From assembly GCA_964513075.1 (NCBI GenBank), contig CAZELR010000008.1, forward strand, positions 23,876-87,875: 64,000 bases of DNA, in the 5' to 3' direction. The notes under the pieces are model-generated. The model had not been told where the DNA came from. It did no database searches and saw nothing but the letters and a program-made list of their open reading frames with translations. This DNA comes from an uncultured Anaerolineales bacterium (GTDB lineage: Bacteria; Chloroflexota; Anaerolineae; CG2-30-64-16). Numbering within the stretch: the stretch's first letter is position 1; each line of letters starts with the position of its first letter. Both the position numbers and the translations under genes were made by a program. Positions 20,769 through 30,534 of the stretch are shown piece by piece.

Positions 20769-21251
20769 ATGAAGACAGCCAAGACGCTTGCCATGCGCCT
20801 CCTTGATGGTAAAGGCATTCCCTATGACGTGATGAGCTACGAAGTCGTGGATCATTTGTCCGCCTCCGAGGTTGCTGCGGCTATCGGCCTACCGCCGGAA
20901 CAAACCTTCAAGACATTGGTGGTCCTGCCCGAACGCGCAGGGGCCCGCCCGCTCCTGGCGCTCATCCCAGGCAGCAGCCAGCTCGACCTGAAAAAACTTG
21001 CGGCTGCAGCGGGCGAAAAAAAGGTTCAGATGGCTGCTCACAAGGAAGCCGAGCGGCTGACTGGACTAGAGAAAGGCGGGATCTCGCCGCTGGCGCTGAT
21101 GGATAAGGGATGGGCAGTCTACGTTGATGAGACGGCGATCCTCTTCGAACGTATCGAGATCAGCGCTGGCAAGGTGGGGATGGGCGTCCTGGTGCCTGTC
21201 GAGCCCTTGCTTGCGCTGCTGAGTCCTACACTGGTGGATATTGCGGGATAA
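20769..21251 (+). CDS. ybaK: Cys-tRNA(Pro)/Cys-tRNA(Cys) deacylase YbaK
   Basis: 160 aa with YbaK/ProX family motifs (KTLVV..., GGISPL). Confidence 0.8.
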   Translation: MKTAKTLAMRLLDGKGIPYDVMSYEVVDHLSASEVAAAIGLPPEQTFKTLVVLPERAGARPLLALIPGSSQLDLKKLAAAAGEKKVQMAAHKEAERLTGLEKGGISPLALMDKGWAVYVDETAILFERIEISAGKVGMGVLVPVEPLLALLSPTLVDIAG

Positions 21252-21349
21252 CTCATTGAGAGAAACCGGGTTCTTGGTCCTGGGTGATAATAGTTCGTCA
21301 CGACACGGACAAGCTAACGGTGAATTACCTATCAGGTCTTAGGGACATC

Positions 21350-22108
21350 TCACTCCGGTCGTTGAATTTCGCGCCACAGAGATTCGAGCATCTTAACCAC
21401 GTCGGCCCGCAGCACTACATCCATTTGGTCGTCCAATGCGGTCGCGGACTCGTTGATCAAGATCAAACGCGCGCCGCGGCGCTTGGCCAACAAGGGCAGA
21501 TCAGCGGCAGGCATCACTTCCAGCGAGGTGCCGACCACCAACATGACGTCACATGCCAGGGTTTCCTGCTGTGCGGCGCTGAGGATATCGTAGGGCAATG
21601 GCTCGCCGAACAAGATAATATCCGGCTTCAGCACTCCTGCGCACTGCGAACAAGGAATACCAGGGCCGCCGTTCAGGATGTTTTCCAGCAACAGCTCTGC
21701 CGACTCCTGATGCCGGCAACTCAGGCAGGTAGCGGTCCGCGTATGGCCGTGCAACTCGAATACCCGCCGGCTGCCCGCACGCTGATGGAGCGAGTCTATA
21801 TTCTGCGTGATCACCGACCGCAAGCGCCCCATCTGTTCCATCTCGGCCAAAACATGATGCGCTCCGTTAGGCCGGACGCTCGCTGCCTTCCGGTACATCG
21901 GTGCAAACCAACGGTAGAAACGCTGAGGCTGGTCGTAAAACCCCCACAGCGAGGCCATTTCAAATGGATCGGTGTAATTCCAGAGGCCTGAGCGTTCGCT
22001 GCGAAAATCGGGGATGCCAGAGTGAGTGCTGATTCCCGCACCGGTAAGTGCGACCCAGTAGTTCGCTGTGCGCAGCAGTTCGGCAGCTTGACGCGCAGGC
22101 TGAGACAT
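21350..22108 (-). CDS. cobB: NAD-dependent protein deacylase (Sir2 family)
   Basis: GAGISTHSGIPDFR, the QNIDSLH motif, and a Zn ribbon C-x2-C...C-x2-C. Confidence 0.85.
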   Translation of the reverse strand: MSQPARQAAELLRTANYWVALTGAGISTHSGIPDFRSERSGLWNYTDPFEMASLWGFYDQPQRFYRWFAPMYRKAASVRPNGAHHVLAEMEQMGRLRSVITQNIDSLHQRAGSRRVFELHGHTRTATCLSCRHQESAELLLENILNGGPGIPCSQCAGVLKPDIILFGEPLPYDILSAAQQETLACDVMLVVGTSLEVMPAADLPLLAKRRGARLILINESATALDDQMDVVLRADVVKMLESLWREIQRPE

Positions 22109-22205
22109 GATCGCTCCTGATCTGCTCCGCTTCGTTAAGGTGGAAAATCAAAAGCACGCCACTCATCAACAATCTAACACATTCACCGCTAGTTCGCAAG
22201 GATGG

Positions 22206-22234
22206 TTGACACGACCTTATCGGTAGTGTAAGAT
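22206..22234 (+). promoter_or_regulatory. Sigma70-like promoter: TTGACA, 17-bp spacer, TAAGAT
   Basis: Read directly, about 40 bp upstream of the CDP-alcohol phosphatidyltransferase start. Confidence 0.5.
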
Positions 22235-22274
22235 GGACACAGCATCATACACACCTTCCTCATGAGGCTTAACC

Positions 22275-22859
22275 ATGATCACCAACCTTGCCCGTGCCTG
22301 GGGGGCACACATTCTCGAACCCATCGCACGCTTCTTCGGCGCCATCGGGCTCACGCCTAACATGCTAACCTGGTTGGGGTTGGGGTTGACGATCGCCGTC
22401 AGCCTGATCCTGGCCTCAGGCTCCATGCCCCTCGCCGGATTGTTGCTCATCGTGACGCTGGGCTTCGACGGGCTAGATGGCACCCTGGCGCGGCTCACCG
22501 GCGCCACCAGCCGCTTCGGAGCTTTCCTGGATTCCACCCTGGATCGCTGGGCGGAGGTTGTCTTATACAGTGCGCTGATCTGGCGCTTCTTACAAACAGG
22601 CGATGATCGCGGCGTCATGCTCGCAACGGCCGCCATGGCCACATCGCTGCTCGTCAGCTACACGCGTGCGCGCGCCGAAGGGGTCGGCCTCCAATGCAAA
22701 GAGGGCGTGCTCACGCGGTTTGAGCGGTTAGCCATCCTCATCATCGGGCTTATAACGGGACTGATCGTCTGGGCATTGTGGATCATTGCTGTCCTTGCGG
22801 GTTTCACTGCTTTTCAGCGGATTTGGGTCACTTGGAAGGCGGATCGCGGCGTCTCTTAG
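22275..22859 (+). CDS. CDP-alcohol phosphatidyltransferase family protein
   Basis: D-G-x2-A-R...G-x3-D-x3-D motif (DGLDGTLARLTGATSRFGAFLDSTLDR) and multiple TM helices. Confidence 0.8.
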   Translation: MITNLARAWGAHILEPIARFFGAIGLTPNMLTWLGLGLTIAVSLILASGSMPLAGLLLIVTLGFDGLDGTLARLTGATSRFGAFLDSTLDRWAEVVLYSALIWRFLQTGDDRGVMLATAAMATSLLVSYTRARAEGVGLQCKEGVLTRFERLAILIIGLITGLIVWALWIIAVLAGFTAFQRIWVTWKADRGVS

Positions 22860-22881
22860 CCAGAAAACGTCAGTAGATGGC

Positions 22882-23502
22882 ATGTTTCTGCTAAATTGGC
22901 TAAACTGCGCGTTATCTTTTGCGGCCTCAAGCGTCTTGAACAGTGATAGGACGCACAGCGAGGACAGGCCGGAACAGGACGCGCTCATCGAACGAGCCCG
23001 TTACGCCGATCCAGGCGCGCTGGCGGCGCTGTACGATCAGTACGTCGACAAAATCTACAGCTACATCTATCACCGGGTGAATAACGCCCAACTAGCTGAA
23101 GACCTTACCGGCCAGGCGTTTGTACGAATGCTGGAGGCGGTGAAGACAGGCAGAACGTGGCAGACGTCCTTCTCGGGTTGGCTGTATCGTATTGCGCACA
23201 ATCTGGTGATCGATCATTATCGACGACGCGAGCGCGCTTCGTTCGTGGATCTGGACGAGACGATACCGATTCAAACGCAGGACTGTGATCCGGCCAGGAG
23301 TATCGAAACGCGGCTCGACAAAGAACGGCTCCACGCCGCACTCGCTCGGCTGACCGAAGAACAGGCGCAAGTGATCGTGCTGCGTTTTCAGGATGAGTTA
23401 AGCATTGCCGAGGCTGCTGAGGTCATGGGCAAAACCGATGGCGCCATCAAGGCTCTACAATACCGGGCCGTGCTGGCACTGAAGCGGGTGATGCGATCAT
23501 GA
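22882..23502 (+). CDS. ECF-type RNA polymerase sigma factor (sigma-70 family)
   Basis: Region 2 (YIYHRV...AEDLTGQAFVRM, WLYRIAHNLVIDHYRRR) and region 4 (LSIAEAAEVMGKTDGAIKALQYRA). The start is moved to an internal ATG to avoid overlapping the upstream gene. Confidence 0.75.
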   Translation: MFLLNWLNCALSFAASSVLNSDRTHSEDRPEQDALIERARYADPGALAALYDQYVDKIYSYIYHRVNNAQLAEDLTGQAFVRMLEAVKTGRTWQTSFSGWLYRIAHNLVIDHYRRRERASFVDLDETIPIQTQDCDPARSIETRLDKERLHAALARLTEEQAQVIVLRFQDELSIAEAAEVMGKTDGAIKALQYRAVLALKRVMRS

Positions 23503-25367
23503 GTCGGGAAGATATCCTGATCAAACTCATGGCAGAATGCGCCGACCCAGTGATGGCAGGCGCCAGTATCGACGCGTGCCTGGAACACCAGCCGCTGTAC
23601 GCTCCGGAACTCAAGCCTTTGCTCAACACCGTGGTCGCTGTGCACGAGTTGCGCGTCGTGCCTGCACGGTCGGCCGCCGTGGCAGCCCAAAGCCGAACGG
23701 AATTCCTGGCCGCAATGCGCGCGCTCAGCACCGGGGACGCAAGGGGCTGGGATCCCCTCGGCCAACTGTCGGCATGGTGGCTTGGGCTGCGCCGCTGGGG
23801 CACCAATTTGCTGGGCGCAGGCGGTCTGCCCCGCATGATGCCTTCAGGCCTGACTGCCGCGCTGTTGATTGTGCTTCTTGGCGGTCTCCTGCTCACCGAG
23901 ATGGTCACTGTATCGGCAAGCGCGCTGCCAGGCAACCCACTCTACCCCGTGAAGACAACTGCAGAACAGTTTCAGGTCTTCTTCGCCTTTGACAGCCAGA
24001 CACGAGCACAACTGCTGACTGAGATCGAGGAGCGCCGCATCGACGAAGCCAAGGCCGTCGTCGAGCTGGGCCGCAGGGTCGCCAACGTACCACTGCATGG
24101 CATCATCGAGGCGATCACGGGTAACACCTGGGAGATTTCCGGGTTGATCGTGACGATTGCGCCCGACAGCCGTATCTTCGGCACGCCACAGGTGGGCAGT
24201 CGCGTACAAGGCCGGGCACGCGCGCCCGGTGATGGCTCACTCATCGTAGGCTACGTGAAGGTGCAATCATCCGCGCAGACGCAGCCGGCAGTTCCGCCAG
24301 CAACACCTACGCCGACTCGATTAACCCCAAGCGCTACAGCGACAGCGACGGCTACCAGCATCGGCACCCTCGGCCCCGCCCCAGCAACCGGAGGGGGTTC
24401 GCGCTGGCTTCCAGCGCCGTACTATGAGCCGACGGAGACGCTCACTCCCAAACCTACCGGGACGCCGACTGCCAGGCCGACAGCAACACCGACCAGCACG
24501 CAGCTCGCCACGGCCACAGCGACGACTACCCCATCGCCGGCGCCGACGCGCGAACAGACGAAGGAACGCATCATCGGCCGCGTGGACAGCCGCAATGGCA
24601 GCGTCTGGGTCATTAGCGGCATTACGGTCGAGGTTGACGGCAATACTCGCATCTCCGGCGCCTGCGAGGTGGGCGCAAAAGTGGAGGCGGTCGTCGTTGC
24701 CAAGCCCAGCGGGGGGTATCTGGCTTTATCGATCACCCAGATTGCATCGCCGGATCGCACCCCTGAGCCGCTGGAGTTCGTCGGCACAGTCGAAGCCATC
24801 GAGGGCCCGGTCTGGATTATCGATGGTCTGCGGGTGTTGGAGACCGGTGATACAGTGTTGGTAAACGACCCAGGCATCGGGGACTTGGTCGAAGTGAAAG
24901 CCGAACGTCGCGCTGATGGAGAGATTTATGCGCGACGCATCACGGCCATCCGTGAGAACATCGTGGATTTCGAGGGCGTGATTGAAGCCATGAACGGGGA
25001 CACCTGGCAAATTGGCAGCCACGCCGTGCTTGTGACTGCTGAGACGCAGGTCTACGGCGATCCGATCATCGGTTCGCTCGTTCAAGTGAGAGCGGTGGAA
25101 AAGGCTTACAAACGCCTGATTGCCCAAATCATCTCAGTAGTAATGCCCACGCCGACACCAACTGCTACGCCAACACCGACTGCAGCGCCGACTGCGACCG
25201 AAACGCCAGAGCTAATCGCAACGCCGACTGTGACCGCCGTGCCGGAGCCAACAGCAACCCAGACGGCGACCGCCGCACCGGAGCCAACCGGAACAGCTAC
25301 GCCGGAAATCAAAGAAACAACACCCACGACGATGTGGATGCGGACCCTGGCAGGGGGCGTCGCCTGA
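23499..25367 (+). CDS. Anti-sigma factor-like membrane protein with a DUF5667 domain and repeated DUF5666-like domains
   Basis: Its ATG overlaps the sigma factor stop. There is one TM helix, LPGNPLYPVKTTAEQFQVFFAFD (DUF5667-like), repeated G-x-W-x-I-x-G beta domains, and PT-rich linkers. Confidence 0.6.
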   Translation: MSREDILIKLMAECADPVMAGASIDACLEHQPLYAPELKPLLNTVVAVHELRVVPARSAAVAAQSRTEFLAAMRALSTGDARGWDPLGQLSAWWLGLRRWGTNLLGAGGLPRMMPSGLTAALLIVLLGGLLLTEMVTVSASALPGNPLYPVKTTAEQFQVFFAFDSQTRAQLLTEIEERRIDEAKAVVELGRRVANVPLHGIIEAITGNTWEISGLIVTIAPDSRIFGTPQVGSRVQGRARAPGDGSLIVGYVKVQSSAQTQPAVPPATPTPTRLTPSATATATATSIGTLGPAPATGGGSRWLPAPYYEPTETLTPKPTGTPTARPTATPTSTQLATATATTTPSPAPTREQTKERIIGRVDSRNGSVWVISGITVEVDGNTRISGACEVGAKVEAVVVAKPSGGYLALSITQIASPDRTPEPLEFVGTVEAIEGPVWIIDGLRVLETGDTVLVNDPGIGDLVEVKAERRADGEIYARRITAIRENIVDFEGVIEAMNGDTWQIGSHAVLVTAETQVYGDPIIGSLVQVRAVEKAYKRLIAQIISVVMPTPTPTATPTPTAAPTATETPELIATPTVTAVPEPTATQTATAAPEPTGTATPEIKETTPTTMWMRTLAGGVA

Positions 25368-25374
25368 CCGGAGG

Positions 25375-27357
25375 ATGAAGAAGGTGGACGCGCAAACCCG
25401 CGGTCGGATCACAGGACTCACCGTCATGATGTGCATTCTTGTGCTCATCTTGATAGCGGCGGTTCCTCCGCGCTCAGCCGCCGGTGTGCTGCCGACCCGA
25501 CCGGACGATGGGGTGTCCATCCGTTTCGAGGGTTATCTCAAAGCTATCGGCCCCGGCAAGTGGCTGGTCGGTGACTCCATTGTACTTGTTGATACTCAAA
25601 CGATCATCATTGAGAAGCGGGGGCGCGCCGAAGTCGGCGCGTGGGTGGTGGTCTGGGGCCTCCAGAGCCAGACTGGCGCAATTACCGGAGAACTTATCCA
25701 GGTAGAGCGTCCGGCGGGGAACTCTGGGCCAATCTGGCAATTCTCAGGCTTGGTCTCAAAACATATCGTCCAGGCGGACGGCACCGAATGGTGGGTCATC
25801 AACGGGCTGGCGGTTCAATCCACGGGGAATACACAATTCAGAGGCACGCCCGACACGGGCTGGCTGGTGTGGGTGGTGGCCGAGTACCAGGAGTCATTTC
25901 TTCGCGCCCTGGTGATCGAGGCCATCGCCGAGACTCCCGAATCGATGCCCGTAGAATTCGAAGGGACCCTGGAGGCGTTCGGACCGGATGGGGGGCAGAT
26001 AGATGGTCACGCGTTCATCCTGGCTGACAAGCCGGTCATCATCGGACAGCCGGCAGCTGGTCTCCAGGTGCAAGTGCGGGCCACCCAAAACGCATCCGGC
26101 TTGCTGGTAGTTTACCTGCTGAGGGTGGTCGAGACAGCCGCCTCATGGGCCTGGAGGCACGGCAGCTACATGAATACAAGCGCCGCCCAGGTCGATGTCG
26201 CCCCGCCGGACTCCCCAGCGCCGACTGCTCTTGCGGGAGCCAGGGTGCCAAACGCCACCTCGACCCCCTGGGGCACGCCTGAACTCGTGATCACCGGGCT
26301 GACCGATGCGGCCCGGCCAGCTCTCGCAGACACCGGCGATGGCACGACGCATGCGCTGTGGGAATCAGGCGGCAACGTGTTCTGGGCCACGCGGGCGCCG
26401 GGCCAGGGCTGGAGCCAGGCCCAACGCATCGCTTCCGGCAGTGAGCCCACTCTGGCTGTGGATAGTGCGGGCCACCTTCACGTACTCTTCACCAAGCAAT
26501 TCCTGGACAACTACGAGATTTATCATGTCATGTACAAGGAAGGGACATGGACCCTGCCGATCAACGTCTCGCGCACATCCGGGGTGTCAACGAAACCTGC
26601 GCTGGCGGCCGGCAAAGATGGCCGACTTTACGCCACCTGGATGGATGACACCCCCGGCTACTCGATCATCTACAGTGCAAAATGGTCCTACAGTGCACGC
26701 TGGCCCAACGGTTTCTGGCGCAATCAGCCCATCCCTTACGGCCGTGGGCAATTTCCAGCCATCGCCGTGACACAGGATGAGACGATCTTCTTGGCGTGGC
26801 AGGACCTTGTCCCAACCATCGACAACCCGACCGGCTTTTCCAATATCTTTTTAAGCGAATGGCAGAAGGATAGCTGGTCACTGCCGATCAATATCTCGGA
26901 TTGCGAAGATGTAGACGCCAAGGAGGTCAGCATCACCACCACAGCCGATGGGCTGGCGCACCTCGTGTGGATCGAGGATACTCGCAGTATACGCTACGGC
27001 TTTGGGCAAGGCCGGTCCTGGCCATTGCCGCGCACCGTTACCACAGCCGCGGTCCTGGCACGTGGCCCCCGCATTGCAACTGTGGATGGCTACTTCCTGC
27101 ACATCGCCTGGGATGAGGCAGCAATACTGCGCGCCACTTCGGCTCCTGGCAGGTCAGCGATCTGGCCGACACCGATAGCTGTCACAACGTTGCAAGGAAC
27201 GTTTAAGGATGTAGGACTAAATATCACGCTGGAAAACGAGATGACTCTCAGTTGGGTCCAAATCTCGCAGACCGGCGAGACCAGCATATACGAAAGCCGC
27301 TGCGAGCGGCTCATACCCAACCGTATTTGGTTGCCGGCGATCTTGAACGGTCAGTAA
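25375..27357 (+). CDS. Membrane-anchored protein with DUF5666-like repeats and a C-terminal Trp-rich beta-propeller-like domain
   Basis: An N-terminal signal-anchor. Its repeats are paralogous to those in the anti-sigma protein. The C-terminal repeats (TWMDDT, AWQDL, VWIEDT) resemble a BNR/sialidase-like propeller. Confidence 0.55.
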   Translation: MKKVDAQTRGRITGLTVMMCILVLILIAAVPPRSAAGVLPTRPDDGVSIRFEGYLKAIGPGKWLVGDSIVLVDTQTIIIEKRGRAEVGAWVVVWGLQSQTGAITGELIQVERPAGNSGPIWQFSGLVSKHIVQADGTEWWVINGLAVQSTGNTQFRGTPDTGWLVWVVAEYQESFLRALVIEAIAETPESMPVEFEGTLEAFGPDGGQIDGHAFILADKPVIIGQPAAGLQVQVRATQNASGLLVVYLLRVVETAASWAWRHGSYMNTSAAQVDVAPPDSPAPTALAGARVPNATSTPWGTPELVITGLTDAARPALADTGDGTTHALWESGGNVFWATRAPGQGWSQAQRIASGSEPTLAVDSAGHLHVLFTKQFLDNYEIYHVMYKEGTWTLPINVSRTSGVSTKPALAAGKDGRLYATWMDDTPGYSIIYSAKWSYSARWPNGFWRNQPIPYGRGQFPAIAVTQDETIFLAWQDLVPTIDNPTGFSNIFLSEWQKDSWSLPINISDCEDVDAKEVSITTTADGLAHLVWIEDTRSIRYGFGQGRSWPLPRTVTTAAVLARGPRIATVDGYFLHIAWDEAAILRATSAPGRSAIWPTPIAVTTLQGTFKDVGLNITLENEMTLSWVQISQTGETSIYESRCERLIPNRIWLPAILNGQ

Positions 27358-27380
27358 GGTCCAGGCACCCACTGACCAAC

Positions 27381-27845
27381 TTACCCACTGATCCCGGACC
27401 AGTGTCGATCCTCAAAACTCAGACCGCTGCGGAGCAGTTCCTGGCGAATCGTCTCAGCACTGATATCGGACAACACTCCCCGTTGAATCAACTGCGTACG
27501 CAAGCGTTGTAAGGACCAGGTCTCGAATTCCAGCCCCAAATCTTGGGGCTGAGTCGTTGCGAGACCAATGATCGCCTGGCGCTGCTCATTGCTGAACAGT
27601 TTCGGCCGTCCAGGGGAACGCTGCGGCTGCAGCCCTTTGAGTCCGCAACGATTGAAGCGGTGAAGCCACTTCCGCACATTGATTGGATGTAGACCAATCT
27701 CCCGACTGATCTCGTGTACTCCGATGCGCCGCGCAGACAGACTCACGATCTTTGCCCTCCGGGCGATCTCCGGATCCGTGCCGCACAGCATCTCTTCAAG
27801 TTGGCTGACTTCGTCAGCCTTAAGTGTCCGCACATAGAGCGCCAT
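27381..27845 (-). mobile_element. IS630-family transposase N-terminal (HTH) fragment; the DDE domain is missing
   Basis: A 154-aa ORF with the winged-helix/HTH of IS630/Tc1 transposases (GRPKLFSNEQRQAIIGLATTQP). There is no downstream catalytic domain. It sits in a lower-GC intergenic stretch. Confidence 0.6.
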
Positions 27846-28075
27846 ACCTTGCCTCCCTGATGCAATTGTGCCTGGTGAAGTCCCTCGCGCAAGAGCCTTG
27901 TCCCAGGCAAAACACCTTCACTCATCAAGACGCACGCGGCCACAAAAGGTAACGCGATTTGTCTGCGCGTTTTTGAATTTCGTCCAGCATATCTACATCC
28001 GTTTTGTTTCAGATCCGACTACAGACAGGGACGCCGCCCGGGCTCACAAGCGACAGTCCTAACCCATCGAGCAAA

Positions 28076-28093
28076 ACATGACATCTGTCATGT
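28076..28093. promoter_or_regulatory. Perfect inverted repeat ACATGACA-tc-TGTCATGT (operator-like) upstream of fhs
   Basis: Read directly. It is 22 bp upstream of a TATAAT box (28115-28120), so it would overlap a -35 position. Confidence 0.45.
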
Positions 28094-28175
28094 CGGTTGT
28101 GGCCGGCCTCAAGATATAATAACATCTCAGATATTGAGCTTGTTTCATATTCGCCACTCTGGAGGTTCAACAGCC

Positions 28176-30047
28176 ATGCAACGCGTCAAACCCGTCCCCA
28201 GCGACCTGGAGATCGCCCAGGCAGTCGAACTGAAGCCTATCATCAAGATTGCAGAGTCTATGGGCCTCTCTGTTGACGATATAGAGCTCTTCGGTAAGTA
28301 CAAAGCCAAAGTCCACCTGGACGTGCGCGAGAAATTTGCCGACCGGCCCCAGGGCAAATACATCGATGTCACAGCCATTACTCCCACTCCTTTGGGAGAA
28401 GGCAAAACCACCACAACTGTCGGCCTGACCCAAAGCTTGGGGGTTCTTGGCAAGAACGTCGTTGCTTGCATCCGCCAACCATCGCAGGGCCCCACCTTCG
28501 GCATCAAGGGCGGCGCGGCCGGCGGCGGCTATTCTCAGATCGTCCCTATGGAGGACTTCAACCTCCATCTCACCGGCGACATTCACGCCATCACCGCGGC
28601 CCATGACCTCATCGCGGCGGCGATTGACGCACGCATGCTGCACGAATCTTCCACCGAGCCGCAGGCGATGTTCGACCGCTTGTGTCCCACGGATAAGGCT
28701 GGCAAGCGCAGCTTCTCGCCCACCATGCTGCGCCGCCTGGCCAAGCTCGGCATCGCCAAGACCGATCCTGAGGAGCTCACCCCCGAAGAGCGCACCCGCT
28801 TCGCCGTCCTCGACATCGATCCTGCCAGCATCACCTGGAACCGCGTCATCGACATCTCCGACCGCTTCCTCCGCAAGATCGAAATCGGTCTGGGGCCGGA
28901 GGAAAAGGGCCTTACCCGCATCACCGGCTACGATATCACCGTCGCCTCTGAGTTGATGGCCATCCTGGCCCTCACTACCAGCCTGGAAGACTTGCGCGAC
29001 CGCATCGGCCGCGCAGTGGTCGGCACCAGCAAGACTGGCGAGGCCGTGACCGTGGAGGACCTGGGCGTAGCCGGGGCAGCCACCGTCCTGATGAAGGACG
29101 CCATCATGCCCAATTTGATGCAGACCGTGGAGGGCCAACCCGCCTTCGTGCACGCCGGACCGTTCGCTAACATCGCTCACGGCAACTCCTCCATCGTCGC
29201 CGATCAAATCGCGCTCAAGTTAGCCGATTACGTGGTGACCGAGTCGGGCTTCGGCGCAGATATGGGCATGGAGAAGTTCCTGGATATCAAGTGTCGCTAT
29301 TCCGGCTTGATCCCCAACTGCATCGTGTTAGTGGCCACGGTGCGCGCCCTCAAGATGCACGGCGGCGGCCCCAGGGTCGTGGCCGGCAAACCGCTGGATC
29401 ACGCCTACACCAGCGAGAATCTGCCGCTGCTGGAGAAGGGCTGCGCCAACCTGGAAGCGCACATCGAGAACATCAAGCGCTATGGCGTCCCGGTCGTGGT
29501 GGCAATCAATATGTTCAAAGATGATACTCCGGCTGAAATCGCCCTGATCCGCGAGAAGGCGATCGCGGCCGGCGCTGAGGATGCGGTGCTGAGCGCCCAC
29601 TGGGCCGAGGGCGGCGACGGCGCGATCGAACTAGCCGAGGCCGTCATCAAGGCATGCGACAAGCCCAGCAACTTCCAGTTTCTATACCCGCTGGAGTGGA
29701 GCATCAAAGAAAAGATCGAAAAGATCGCCAAGGATATCTATGGCGCCGGCAGCGTGAGCTACACGCCCGAGGCCGAGGCCAAGATCGAGCTCTACACCCG
29801 CCTCGGCTTCGACAAACTGCCCATCTGCATGGCCAAGACGCACCTCAGCCTGAGCCATGAGCCGGCAGTCAAAGGCCGGCCGCAGGGCTACGTCTTCCCC
29901 GTCCGCGACGTACGTGCTTCGGTCGGCGCGGGCTTCCTCTACCCGCTCTGCGGCGAGATGCGCACCATGCCCGGCCTGCCCACCCGCCCCGTCTTCTATG
30001 ACGTCGACCTCGACCTGGAAACCGGCCGCGTCGTGGGCCTATTCTAG
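28176..30047 (+). CDS. fhs: Formate--tetrahydrofolate ligase
   Basis: [15 protein letters not shown]-loop plus full-length similarity to FTHFS. A GGAGG RBS lies 10 bp before the chosen ATG. Confidence 0.9.
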   Translation: MQRVKPVPSDLEIAQAVELKPIIKIAESMGLSVDDIELFGKYKAKVHLDVREKFADRPQGKYIDVTAITPTPLGEGKTTTTVGLTQSLGVLGKNVVACIRQPSQGPTFGIKGGAAGGGYSQIVPMEDFNLHLTGDIHAITAAHDLIAAAIDARMLHESSTEPQAMFDRLCPTDKAGKRSFSPTMLRRLAKLGIAKTDPEELTPEERTRFAVLDIDPASITWNRVIDISDRFLRKIEIGLGPEEKGLTRITGYDITVASELMAILALTTSLEDLRDRIGRAVVGTSKTGEAVTVEDLGVAGAATVLMKDAIMPNLMQTVEGQPAFVHAGPFANIAHGNSSIVADQIALKLADYVVTESGFGADMGMEKFLDIKCRYSGLIPNCIVLVATVRALKMHGGGPRVVAGKPLDHAYTSENLPLLEKGCANLEAHIENIKRYGVPVVVAINMFKDDTPAEIALIREKAIAAGAEDAVLSAHWAEGGDGAIELAEAVIKACDKPSNFQFLYPLEWSIKEKIEKIAKDIYGAGSVSYTPEAEAKIELYTRLGFDKLPICMAKTHLSLSHEPAVKGRPQGYVFPVRDVRASVGAGFLYPLCGEMRTMPGLPTRPVFYDVDLDLETGRVVGLF

Positions 30048-30055
30048 TCCTCTGA

Positions 30056-30102
30056 CGTCGTCACAAACCAGGTTTCTCGGAGAAACCTGGTTTGTGACGA
30101 CG
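30056..30102 (+). repeat. Long perfect palindrome (CGTCGTCACAAACCAGGTTTCTC / GAGAAACCTGGTTTGTGACGACG); REP-like or terminator for fhs
   Basis: Read directly. It starts 9 bp after the fhs stop, with no clear T-run. It is the CCAGG variant of the GAAACCGGGTTTC family. Confidence 0.6.
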
Positions 30103-30118
30103 ATTCGATGTGAGTGAT

Positions 30119-30186
30119 TTGTCAAACCCCGCTCACTCTAGTATAATGTTACTGACCTCCGCAGAACGACGTTCTGCGGAGGTCAG
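30119..30186 (+). promoter_or_regulatory. Consensus promoter (TTGTCA, 17-bp spacer, TATAAT) followed by a perfect 17-bp inverted-repeat 5' hairpin
   Basis: The -35 is at 30119-30124 and the -10 at 30142-30147. The hairpin CTGACCTCCGCAGAACG a CGTTCTGCGGAGGTCAG (30152-30186) begins at the predicted transcription start. Confidence 0.55.
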
Positions 30187-30220
30187 AGTGTTGAAAGAGT
30201 GACTCACAGGGGAACATCTG

Positions 30221-30514
30221 ATGCCGATTTACGAGTATGAATGTGAACATTGCGGCGTGCGATTCGAAAAAATGCAGCGCATGGCAGACCCGGTGTTGAC
30301 CGATTGCCCTGAATGCGGTGGACATATCCATCGCGTCATGCAGCCGGTAGGCATCATCTTTAAGGGTTCCGGTTTCTACGTCACCGACAACAAGGGCAAG
30401 TCCTCCACGGGAGTGCCAACCAAGAAGAAAGAGGACGAGAGCAAGCCGGCCGCCGCGTCAACCAGCAGCGAGAGCAGCACGCCAGCCGCGGGGACCGAGA
30501 AGAAAGCAGACTAG
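30221..30514 (+). CDS. FmdB-family zinc-ribbon protein
   Basis: MPIYEYECEHCG...CPECGG, a CxxC...CxxC FmdB signature, with an acidic/Ser-rich tail. Confidence 0.8.
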   Translation: MPIYEYECEHCGVRFEKMQRMADPVLTDCPECGGHIHRVMQPVGIIFKGSGFYVTDNKGKSSTGVPTKKKEDESKPAAASTSSESSTPAAGTEKKAD

Positions 30515-30534
30515 GCCCTTCTCCACAATCTTAG

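Noticed and set aside
21350-22108. Sir2-family protein as a possible defence (Thoeris/DSR-like) gene
   Set aside because: It has a complete sirtuin catalytic core with a Zn ribbon. It is a stand-alone 252-aa protein among housekeeping genes (ybaK, a phospholipid synthase), which fits a CobB-type deacylase rather than a defence effector.
28167-29207. 346-aa minus-strand ORF
   Set aside because: It is antisense to fhs and shows a GC-skewed artefact composition.
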